A stretch of DNA of 63,582 nucleotides, the filler included, from Octopus bimaculoides (lineage: Eukaryota), in assembly GCF_001194135.2 (NCBI RefSeq). It is 6 parts of 6 records of this genome, joined end to end, with 100 filler letters (N's around TTAATTAATTAA, not from the genome) between each part and the next. Parts side by side here need not be neighbours in the genome. Positions count along the whole stretch, not along the records: positions 31,034 to 46,204 come from NC_068998.1; positions 46,305 to 56,638 come from NC_068985.1; 4 more parts are not named here. The stretch is one strand, 5' to 3'. The position numbers and the translations under genes are program-made. Below are positions 40,264-52,242 of this stretch, piece after piece; within the stretch, counting starts at the first letter, position 1, and each line of letters opens with the position of its first letter. A model generated the notes under the pieces. The model worked only from the letters and a program-made list of their open reading frames with translations, searched no databases and was not told the origin of the DNA.

Positions 40264-41249
40264 AAAGATAACACACTCCAAACGACATCTGCACACTCCA
40301 AGATACTGGTGTATCAGCTTAATTTCACCTCCTCAGTGACAGACACCGTATCGGTTCCTTGAAGATGGCTGGAAACTTCTGTTCTTATATAGAAATCTAT
40401 GAGCAAAACATTTGCTGATGTGTGCTAAGTTGTTCATCGAGGTAAAATTCCAAAGCGAATGCCATGTCTGCGTTTGAATTCGTAGTATGGTATTATAAAT
40501 TGAGGTACACACTATAATTTTGATACGCGCTGTTTCGTGTACATATACAGATTAAATAAATAAATGATTAAAGCATCGAATGACCAAGTAAAGACTGACC
40601 CATTCTTATTAGAGTAGAAGAAATATGAATCAGACAAACTTTGGCGTCAATTCAATTTAAACGACATTACGCTAACAATAAAACCGTTGACCCATGAGCA
40701 AGCGAAAGTTTAAAATCAATAATTTTAGGTTCACAGTAGAAGCAATAAAGCCTGAATTTGTCGAATGATCTGCAAAATATCACGTACGTTATGTTATACA
40801 TTCTAACGATTTATTAGCAGAGAGAATTTGCAGAATTAAATACTAGGTTTTGTTACGTTTAGCCACTGTAATTTATCAACAACAGAAGATCAAAAAATTA
40901 TATTTATATAAAGTGAGTGAAATATATTAAGCAGATATAATAAATAATACAGGACACGTCGTAATCTTATTATTTCTGATGTGAGTAAATTCAGATGCAA
41001 TAAATAATAATAAAAGTAAATAAGGGATATATTGGAAACTTGCAAGTATATTAGGAAATACATACACACATACATACATACATACATACATACATACATA
41101 CTTACATACAATGTGCATATGTAAGTTTAATAATAACTAACACCTTACATAAAAAACATTAAATACTCTGGGAATCGAATATGTATAAAACGAAACGGAC
41201 ACATTCACACACTTACACACGCATATACACACGCACACACACACGCACA

Positions 41250-41308
<59 letters not shown>

Positions 41309-42879
41309 NNNNNNNNNNNNNNNNNNNNNNNNNNNNNNNNNNNNNNNNNNNNNNNNNNNNNNNNNNNNNNNNNNNNNNNNNNNNNNNNNNNNNNNNNNNN
41401 NNNNNNNNNNNNNNNNNNNNNNNNNNNNNNNNNNNNNNNNNNNNNNNNNNNNNNNNNNNNNNNNNNNNNNNNNNNNNNNNNNNNNNNNNNNNNNNNNNNN
41501 NNNNNNNNNNNNNNNNNNNNNNNNNNNNNNNNNNNNNNNNNNNNNNNNNNNNNNNNNNNNNNNNNNNNNNNNNNNNNNNNNNNNNNNNNNNNNNNNNNNN
41601 NNNNNNNNNNNNNNNNNNNNNNNNNNNNNNNNNNNNNNNNNNNNNNNNNNNNNNNNNNNNNNNNNNNNNNNNNNNNNNNNNNNNNNNNNNNNNNNNNNNN
41701 NNNNNNNNNNNNNNNNNNNNNNNNNNNNNNNNNNNNNNNNNNNNNNNNNNNNNNNNNNNNNNNNNNNNNNNNNNNNNNNTATATATAGGTATGTATGATG
41801 CCACTGAAGCGAAATCACTACAAATATATATATATATAGATATTAATGATCCCACTGTAGCGAAATTACGTCAACGAAATGTAGTAGTAGTAGTAGTAGT
41901 AGTAGTAATTCCAGTATCACTTTGATGAAATGCATTGCTCTCTCAATAATAATAATAATAAATAAAAATGGTTTCAAATTTTCGCACAAGGCCAGCAGCT
42001 TCAGTCGAGGGGTTAAGCGGATTACATCGAGCCTAGTGTTCAACTGGTCTTTATTGTATTGACCCTCAAAATCAACATCGGTGGAAATGATCTCAAAACA
42101 TAAAGACAGACCAAATACCGCTAAATATCTTGTTTCGTGGGCCAATGATTCTGTGAGGTCGTCGCCTGAGATTAATAACAGTATTAACAATCATGATTTC
42201 TCTTATTTGCTTGAGGGTTATTAATTTGAAGACATATTACAAGGGTCAGTTTACAATTTGTGTGAAAGGGTTTGCATAAAAACTTGAAGGGAAGAAGGGG
42301 AGGAGAACCAGGACCGAGGTTTATAACAAACAATATAAATACAATTTATAGTCACATCGTCAACGTTTTAGGAAACATTACAAGAAAATTTACGAAAACG
42401 GCCGGAGCTTGCATAAGATCACGTTTGAGAAATCAAGCATGAATAAACATAATCTAATTAAGAATAGTGATTTCAAATTTTTGCACAAAGCCAGTGATAA
42501 TCTAAGTAAGAAAGATGAAATGAAACGTCTATATATATGTAGGTTACCACCTCGAAGCCATTAAAAAGACCCGCCACAAATGGTGTTTGAGAATCTGTCA
42601 GATTGAATTAGCAGCTATATCTGAATAGTAATTATTCTATATTTGAACAGAAAGAAAGAAAATAGAAAATTTAAATTAAATTAAATAAGTATAATATATT
42701 TTCATTTTGTATTTGATTTGCTAGATTCTTTATGTGAATCCGTGCTTTAAAACAGATTTGTTGTGTCTCAGGAGGTCGTGATGCTAATAAAAAAACACAC
42801 GCACCGGTTTGATTTCACTTTTATTATTATTATCAATGAAAGGGACGAAGTGGCTGTATCGTTAACGCTCTGGCAAAGT

Positions 42880-43430
42880 TGTCTAGCAACTTTTCGTCTG
42901 TCTTTGCTTTCTGAGATCAAATTCCACCGAGGTTAACTTCGCCTTCCATTGATCACTGGAGTGAAGGTAATCGACTTTACCATCTCTCGACATTGCTGCC
43001 TTTGTGTCAAAATACGAAATGATTATTATTAAACAGTTTATGAAGCGATCTGGCAGAATCGCTATCGCATCGGACAAGATGTTTAGCAAGATTTCAATTT
43101 TCGCCGAGGTCAACTTCGCTTTTAATCCATTCAAAGCCGATTAAATAAGTACTAGTTGAGCACTAGGGTCGATGTAATCGACAAACCTTCTCCCCGCAAA
43201 ATTTCAGGCCTCGTGCCTATATTGTAGAATGGATTATTATTAATTAATTAAGGCATGGAGCTGGCAGAATCGTTAGCATGCTGAAGAAAAAACTTAGCAA
43301 CATTTCGTCCGTCTTTACGCTCAAAGTTTGATTTTTCTCACAGTCGACTTTGTTTTCATCCTTTGTTGGGGTCGATGAGATACTGAGACCGATGTAATTG
43401 ATAGCTCATTCCCACAAAATTCTTCCCTTG
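42880..43430 (+). mobile_element. Cluster of SINE family A copies
   Basis: Repeated TGGCAGAATCG(T/C)TA(G/T)C heads and AGGTCAACTTCGC / GGGGTCGATG bodies. Confidence 0.7.
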
Positions 43431-44310
43431 TCCTGACAGTAGAAAGGTTGTTTATTAGCTAATTAGTTTACCATTTTAACTAATTAACTAATGGATTGTT
43501 TAATTGATCATCCAGGCAATCGATCAATTACCTAGGTTTGTCAAAGTCCTTTCGTCGCTATTCGTGCCCCCACAAAGACATGACTTCTTTACACCAGGTC
43601 TGTTTCAAGTCATATTATTCTTTCTACTTAACTAAATTACAAACACCGACGAAACACTAGCAACAAGATTTCCTCTCTTACTTTGGAAGTGGAACGAAGA
43701 ATCACTCGGCATAAATGAGAGCATGGTGCTTGCTGGAGACATCGCTAATTAAACCAAGTCACTGTTATTTCAGTTGAAAATGCTAGGTTCATTTTATTAA
43801 ATAAAAATATTGACACCTCACCTCATTTAATTGCATTTATAGGTAAGATTTTAGTCTGTTGGTGATGGTTAGCAGGTTGTTATTGCTGCGGTTGTTATTG
43901 TCAAGTGAAAGTGCACCCTCTCGGCTGTGTACTACGAACCCACGGGCACACATTGCAAAGAAGCCCCCTTCAGTAGAGACGTATTCGCGCAACTCTAACA
44001 CCTCTTTCAGGGTAACACCTCAACCTTCGCTCTCATATTCCTCTTCAAGTACATACGTTAAGTATGTGTAGTCGATAATGTTTATTATACTAGAGCTGCC
44101 TCCTCCCTTGTATTGTGAGTACTTGTTAAAATGATTTTTATGTCAGGTGCACAACTAAAAGAGCCTCTTAGGTTGTGTCTCTTAAATAATTGCCTGTATC
44201 TGTGGGTGTGAAATGTTTGTCTATTAATCTAAGAAACATTCTTCCCACACAAGTCTTGACGTTGAGCGAGAAGGGTTTCTGCGGCGCTTCTTTTTCCTTT
44301 CCTTTTCTGT

Positions 44311-44945
44311 GGCGGTCCTATAAAGGACGATTTTACTGTTGTTTAAGCCCCAGGAAAATATCTTTTCCAGCTGGTTATCGACTCACAGTCTGTAACAAGT
44401 AAAGCTGGAGATGAGAGCGATGACCACTCTTGCAAACACTATACGAACACAGACTGTGTGTCGATAGCCATCTGGAAAAGACGTTTTCCTGGGACTTAAA
44501 CAAGAGTAACATCGTCCTTTATAAGACCAGCACATTCTATTGTGGCTAATAAACGTTACTATTCGGTACTGTTACTGTATATCTCTCGCTGAGAGATTTA
44601 AAACAAGTTGTTTTTCTCTATACGAGATCAGCGTTTGTGTGTCGCTTATAGAAAATATAGTGTTTGCGAGTGGAGAAAGCTTTCATCAACAGCCAGTGAT
44701 TGCCTCACACTGAGGAGGGGTAACCACCCAGAAATCATAGTCTGTGAGTATCACATAAAGCTGGAGATGGGAGCGATGACCTCCCTTACAAACACCATAC
44801 AGACACAGACTGTGTCGATAGCCAGCTAGAATAGATGTTTTCTTGGGTCTTAAACAATAGTAACATCATCCTTTATAGGCCTGCCACATTCTGTTGGCAA
44901 GTAAATTTTACTATTCGGTACAGTTAGAGAAACAAGTTGTTTCTC
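44311..44945. repeat. Compound repeat: ~83-bp hairpin plus ~200-bp direct duplication of the same unit
   Basis: 44311-44393 is the inverse of 44449-44531, and 44400-44620 resembles 44757-44945. Confidence 0.75.
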
Positions 44946-44963
44946 TCTCTCTCTCTCTCTTTC

Positions 44964-44995
<32 letters not shown>

Positions 44996-45005
44996 NNNNN
45001 NNNNN

Positions 45006-45062
<57 letters not shown>

Positions 45063-45253
45063 AATTATATAAATGGTGGCAGTCAAAACTGTGTAGTCAT
45101 TGTCACCATTCTTCTAAAAGTTAACTAAACATACACTCTACTACAATTCTTTAAAATTCTTGAATTTAATGTTAAATCGTTTGTTATAACTTGACCTAAA
45201 ACAAAGATGATTATACTTCTATATGTATGTATATATGTACGCACGCACACACA

Positions 45254-45307
<54 letters not shown>

Positions 45308-45357
45308 ATACATATATAAATGTTTATGTGTGTTGTGTGTGTTCAATATATAAATAC

Positions 45358-45482
<125 letters not shown>

Positions 45483-46068
45483 AAGGCATAACTATACAAG
45501 AATGCCTCACGTTAACTTCCGTAATCAACACATTTTTCTTCTATGTGCTGTCCAGAATACATGAGTTGTTCGTTTGGTATGTTGATTTTTTTTTGTTTAT
45601 TTCTGTGTCTGGACTATACTATACTGACGATTGAAGATTATATATGTATATATATATATGTATGTATATATATATATTTTATATAATAATCGCCTTCATA
45701 CATCCATACTTATATGTGCGTGTGTGTGTATGTGTGCGTGCGTGTGTGAGTGCATGTGTGCGTGTGTGCGTGTGTGCGTGTGTGAACGATTATTATCACA
45801 CCTAACTTTTTCGATCCGTGAGTCACAGACGTTTTAGCCTGTGAATTCGGTAAGTAGGCCGTTGTTATGATGTTCACAATAGTCCTGCTTCTCTCTTATA
45901 CATCTTTTCGTGTTGACAACAGTTGAAGCTGATATTATGGACTTGCTTTCATCTAGGTTGCATAATTAGCTTAGTTAACGTTCGTCAGAGCCATTCACTC
46001 ATTTGGTAATGGAGCCTATGGGTATAGAAGTGACCGGATTCAGTTTGTTCAACAGAGATCCATATACA

Positions 46069-46163
<95 letters not shown>

Positions 46164-46384
46164 GTATCTATATATATGTCTATATATGTCTATATATATG
46201 TATANNNNNNNNNNNNNNNNNNNNNNNNNNNNNNNNNNNNNNNNNNNNTTAATTAATTAANNNNNNNNNNNNNNNNNNNNNNNNNNNNNNNNNNNNNNNN
46301 NNNNTATATATATATATGTACGTGTGTGTGTATATATATATATATGTACGTGTGTGTGTATATATATATATGTGTGTGTGTGTG

Positions 46385-46423
<39 letters not shown>

Positions 46424-46619
46424 GTGTGTGTGTGTGTATGTATATATGTGTGTGTGTATATATGTGTGTGTGTATATATATATATATAATAACATCCACC
46501 ACACAACTACCAACAACACCACCCATGACAATAGCAACCATATGCACAACACAAGCACTACCACCAACAACAACAACCACAATGATAATAACACTTTACA
46601 CTCTGTCTTCTACAGCCCT

Positions 46620-48881
46620 AACAACAAAACTTATGACATGACAAGGATCTCCCTCACAAACTCACCCTTTAACAAAAGGGTATGTATCCCACCCCAAATC
46701 GACAGTGAAACAGAAGCAAAGATCTCCTCAGCTAGAAATAGACTCCAACATATCTTAGACCGATACAACAAATCCACTAAAAAAAAAAAAGTGAGGAGGG
46801 GACCCACCAAATCAGCTCATCTGTTGACAGAGGCCTACATAAACTGAGACAGCGAATTAGGAACAGAGAATTAGTGTGCCTCCCTACGGACAAGTCTGGC
46901 AGACTGTCAATAGACAGCTGTCAGAACTATGTCCAAACCATGCAACAACACATCAGTAACATGAGAGAAGTTACACCACAAGAATGTGAAAACGCACACA
47001 TGGGAATGTGGTGCAACATACTCCAACCTACAAAAAGGACAGCACACAATTTCCAAGCTACCAACAACGACATTCCTTCACTATACGGGTTACGCAAAGA
47101 CCACAAACCTTACATAAACCCCCTGCCATGGGGCTTCCAACCAGACCAGTTTGTGGAGCAAATATCTCCAGCCACTATAGACTGTCCTACTTCCTCTCAC
47201 AGGTATTACGACCTCTCATAGAAATGTCTCCAGATGTTTATGTGAGTACGGAAGATCTCCTCAGTAAAATGAGTACTTGCAACCACTCCATCGACCTCAC
47301 AGGTTGTGTAGTGGGTAGTATGGATGTGATTTCACTCTACCCATCTATAGACATAGATTTTCCTGTGGAGATATGCATTCAGGTGATCTGTGAGAGTGAA
47401 GTGGAGTTCCACAAGGTCAACACGAGGGAACTGAGCCTCCTCCTCAGACTAAGCTATGACAGTAACTATTTAGATGACCATGACCTCAGTAGATTCTGCC
47501 CCACCAGGCCACAGAGGGGAAGACCACCCACCATCACTTCAGCAGTGAAAAAAAGCACCACTGAACGCTGGAGTGGTTGGACTGCACCCACCCAAAACCC
47601 TGAGAACAACAATCAGGTAAAGGAAATGATTGCTCACGCAATAGGGGCCAGCATAAAAACCACCTTGAAGAACCGCATAGTAAAGTTCAACAAAAAATTA
47701 TACATGCAGGGTTCAAGGTGCAGACATCGGCGTTGGTGTAGCTGGAGATGTGGCCGGCCTCTTCACGACCTGGTGGGACAAAACTCAAACATATGTTAGC
47801 AGAACAATCCACAACTCTTCTACTTTACAGCAGATATGTGGATGACATTAATATCATAGTTAGGACCAACTCTAGTGACGGTCATGTAGAAACAGAAAGG
47901 GACGTAATGGAGAGCATCCAGCAAATAGCTAACTCCGTCCACCAAAGTATCAAGGTAGCTATAGATTACCCGACTAAACACCCCAACAATAGGCTCCCGG
48001 TACTTGATANNNNNNNNNNTAACTCCGTCCACCAAAGTATCAAGGTAGCTATAGATTACCCGACTAAACACCCCAACAATAGGCTCCCGGTACTTGATAC
48101 TGAACTTTGGTTAGAGACTGTGAACAATAGAGTGCAGCTCCTCCACTCATTATATGAAACCCATAGCTTCAAAACATGTTGTTCACAAGAACTCAGCTTT
48201 GTCACACAGCATGAAAATTAGCAGACCTAGTTAGGATAATGAACAACATCTCCCCACTATGCGAACCCTATGAAATGAAAAAAACATATAATAGAACTTC
48301 ATGCACCACATGCAGTTCTCTGGATATGATCAGAAAGGTAGGGTTCGAGTGTACAGGGGAGCTAGAAAGAGGTTAGATAAGATTATAAGTAATGATACCA
48401 GTGGTACCTGCCCTAGATATAGAAACAAAGAATGGAATAGGATACAAAGAATTTGTGACAAAGCCAACAAGGTGAACACGTGGTATAAAACCGACAGATA
48501 TCAAGGAGTGATGTATGTAGAGGCCACAGCCCATGGAGAACTAGCGTGTAAGTTTAGAAAAGCTCTGAAGAGTCCAAACTCAACATTAAGATTGTTGAAA
48601 AGCCAGGGAACTCCATCAGATCACAACTATGTAGGACGTACCCCTTTGAGAACACCATATGTACCAATGATAACTGCATGGTATGTAGGATTAGCCCTGG
48701 CATTAACTGCAGAAATAGAAATGTAGTTTACAGCATAAAATGCGTGGAAGGTGTTTGTAAAGACCTGAATATGACATATATAGGTGAAACATCTAGGAGC
48801 ATTGCGGAACGGCTAAACGAACATATGAGACAATATGACGACAAAAAACAGTCCTCCATACTCTACCAGCATGGAGGCAAC
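46620..48881 (+). mobile_element. Penelope-like element with Naiad-type signatures (RT + C-terminal GIY-YIG), frameshifted and cut by a gap
   Basis: PTDKSGRL, YGLRKDHK, PTRPVCGA, SMDVISLYPSID, RGRPPTITS, RYVDD, IDYPTKHPNNRLPVLD, SGYD, WYKT. Then CxxxxCxxC-x7-C-x4-VVY-x3-CxxxxC-x6-YIGETSRS..ERLNEH. Confidence 0.88.
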
Positions 48882-49534
48882 NNNNNNNNNNNNNNNNNNN
48901 NNNNNNNNNNNNNNNNNNNNNNNNNNNNNNNNNNNNNNNNNNNNNNNNNNNNNNNNNNNNNNNNNNNNNNNNNNNNNNNNNNNNNNNNNNNNNNNNNNNN
49001 NNNNNNNNNNNNNNNNNNNNNNNNNNNNNNNNNNNNNNNNNNNNNNNNNNNNNNNNNNNNNNNNNNNNNNNNNNNNNNNNNNNNNNNNNNNNNNNNNNNN
49101 NNNNNNNNNNNNNNNNNNNNNNNNNNNNNNNNNNNNNNNNNNNNNNNNNNNNNNNNNNNNNNNNNNNNNNNNNNNNNNNNNNNNNNNNNNNNNNNNNNNN
49201 NNNNNNNNNNNNNNNNNNNNNNNNNNNNNNNNNNNNNNNNNNNNNNNNNNNNNNNNNNNNNNNNNNNNNNNNNNNNNNNNNNNNNNNNNNNNNNNNNNNN
49301 NNNNNNNNNNNNNNNNNNNNNNNNNNNNNNNNNNNNNNNNNNNNNNNNAACACACACACGCACACACAAGGAGACAGAGGTACATACATACATATACACA
49401 TACATACATAAAAATAAAAAAAACACAAATGCAGAATACATACATACATACATGCAAACACACATATATACATACACATACATACATATATACATATGCA
49501 CAGACATACATACACACATAGATGCATGCACAAG

Positions 49535-49755
49535 GTGGCGAGCTGGCAGAAACGTTAGCACGCTGGGCGAAATGCTTAGCGGTATTTCGTCTGCCGCTAC
49601 GTTCTGAGTTCAAATTCCGCCAAGGTCAACTTTGCCTTTCATCCTTTCGAGGTCGATTGAATAAGTACCAGTTATGCACTGGGGTTGATATAATCGACTT
49701 AATCTGTTTGACTTGTCCCCTGTGTGTAGCCCCTTGTGGGTAGTAAAGAAATAAC
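49535..49755 (+). mobile_element. SINE family A with alternative 3' tail
   Basis: Canonical head and body followed by TTAATCTGTTTG...CCCCTTGTGGGTAGTAAAGAAATAA. Confidence 0.85.
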
Positions 49756-50365
49756 ACATGCACAAAAACAAACAAAAGCAAAAACAACACAGCGTAAATA
49801 ATGGACAGTCAAGACTATTGAAAAGGTTGCAATACGCAACGAAAATTTTAGGAAAATAAAAATAAAAACATGTGGAAATTTTAACGGTGAGTGTGTTAAA
49901 TTTTAAGGCACAATAAGAAAATGACTCTCCCCAGACACAACAGTATATATATATATATATATATGTTCATCATACCATTTCTGTCATAGTTTTGTACATT
50001 TCTTATCGTTTTCTGTTGTACTGCACTATATATTCTATACATTTTGTAGAATGATAGATTAAGGATCTTTTTTTGTGAGTACTACCAGATTACTTGAATC
50101 CATATAGTGTGACTTAAATATCTCTATGTATGTATGTATGTATGTATGTATATCTTTAATTATATATATCATCATTTAACATCCATTTTCCATGCTGGCA
50201 TGGGTTGGATGGTTTGAAAGGAGCTGCCCAGATGAAGGTTAAGATTTGACATGTTAACATATACTTACTAAATAACAGTGAAATTAAATTCACATTGGTT
50301 TTGTGTGTGATTGTTTCTATTTAATCTGCTTCAAATTTAAAACGTGTTTTTGATGTTTTTTATAG

Positions 50366-50447
50366 ATCCGCATGGTCAATGATGTTAAAAGTGTTAAAAT
50401 GCGTGGATATGCTTTCATTGAATATGAACATGAGAGGGACATGCACT
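50366..50447 (+). CDS. SNRNP70: U1-70K coding exon (RRM, RNP1), equivalent to vertebrate exon 7; 82 nt
   Basis: TTTTTATAG|ATC...CACT|GTAAGT; encodes IRMVNDVKSVKMRGYAFIEYEHERDMH(S). Confidence 0.95.
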
Positions 50448-52142
50448 GTAAGTAGTCATTGCCTTCTCTTCACTTTGTCTCTTAGGTGTAGCATTTAGCT
50501 TTTTTGCTTTACTTGTTAGGCTGGATCTGTTTATTCTCTTTATTCAATAAACTTATGCATTTTTAAGTATACAAAGGGTTAATTGAATGCAATTTTAAAG
50601 GGAAATTACATAAATTGTTGGTGTTATTTCTGGCAAGTATATGTTCCTCCTCATATTTTGTTACCCCAATCCAATTTATATTTATTTTAAATGTTAGTAC
50701 TGTCGTTTTCTTCCAACTACTTGTCATTTCTGGTGCTAAACCTTTTTTGTTCTGTAAGGTCCGTAGACTTCACTTTCTAGTGAAAAAAAAAGACATACAA
50801 GTGAAGTATTTTGTAATGTATTGAAGGTAAATTGAATCCACTCATTAGCAAAACAAAAACAAAAACAAAAAAGTGACAAGTGATTTGTGAGGTAAGGTGC
50901 AAATTTTCCTGCAAGGTGACAGGACATTTGTGAGGTAAGATCCAAATCTTTCCACAGTGACTCAAGTGTTTAAATGCATATATGGTGAATCTGAGTTTGC
51001 AGGTAATTTATTTTTTGAAATATTTGTATTTTTTCACATGCAAAATATTTCAACATTTCACTCCTTTATCTGGTACTGTGTTAGGTTGTAGCTTTCTACA
51101 GTTAAATCATTTCTGTGAAATGTCCAGGTTAACAAGCACTATTTATTAATTTTGGAAATGACTTTTCTCCCATTATTTTTGCTTGTATTATCAGGAAAAA
51201 AAAACTGCCTCTTCTCATTCTAAACTTTGACACTGGAATGCTTGCAGTTTTGTAGAGAACTTAACATTGATTGTGCAATGAATTTGATCCTTTTCAGGTA
51301 TCTCTCTACTACATTTGTTATTGCTTGCATTTCAAATGCTTTGAACAAGTCTGAAATGAATTGGATGTGCATTTTTAAGATATGGAGAGTGGATTAGTAT
51401 GGGGTAGGACAAATTATATACCTATATGCATTAAAACAATAATCCAAAACTATTGGCATATGTGGCTTAAGTGTTAAATATAAATTGGTTGTAGATGAAG
51501 TTAATTAACTCCCAAACAGTCCATGCATTCTTTTTAGATTCAGTTACTCTAAAGAATATGCCATTTTTTGATTTGGTGAAGAGAGCTGATTGTAGTTGTT
51601 GTTGCAAAGATTACTTTGGAGTTGCTCAAAATTCATTTAGCACAAAGCCATGGGAGTCAGTGATACATTTTGGTCTATTTTGTTGCCTATGAAATTTCTA
51701 ATAGAAAAAGTGTCTTTTAACCCAATTAGTCTTTCTTTTCTCTTAGTTAAATTTAAGTTACATAACTATTTGTTAATTCTGATGGGTTTCAAATTGTTAG
51801 ATTTTTTTTCCTTTTAGATTATTGGAATTCTTTTGAAAGAAACCTTTCAATATATTTTTAGGTAGACTGTTTTCTACATTGCTATAATCAATCCAGTGTC
51901 AAATATTCTTTTGGGATATTAAGTCATATGCCTTTAAGCTATTGCTGTTAGCTTTCAAAAATTGAGCTTTGTGAGCACTGAGACTTTCACAATGTCAGTT
52001 TGGTTCAGGTAAGTTTTTATTTTGTACCTGAATTGACTGATACTTCTAGCTTCCAATAAGATTAGAGTCCGAGTAACATGGTTTGGTGCAGAGCGATTTG
52101 TTTCCCGCCTGCTAACCTGTTTCTCTATTATTTTTCCTACAG

Positions 52143-52242
52143 AGTGGTGAACGTTGTGGGCCCATGCGCACTATGTTGCCCTAACAAATCCAAAGTTGCT
52201 TGATCAAAAATATGGTGTCCAGTTAATAGGTTTGTATATTGG
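52143..52242 (+). other. Candidate alternative poison exon (7a-like) of snrnp70
   Basis: Branch point TGCTAAC, pyrimidine tract and CCTACAG| acceptor; donor TGG|GTAAGC. Splicing to the upstream exon creates T+AG = TAG. No transcript evidence available. Confidence 0.55.

Noticed and set aside
47930-48099. Exact 80-bp direct repeat inside the Naiad RT
   Set aside because: The copies flank a 10-N gap, so this is an unmerged contig overlap. The same applies to the TGTCCCAGC duplication around 32388-32397.
48640-48800. Selenocysteine recoding in the Naiad endonuclease
   Set aside because: All conserved Cys positions in the visible linker and GIY-YIG region are TGT/TGC; there is no in-frame TGA there.
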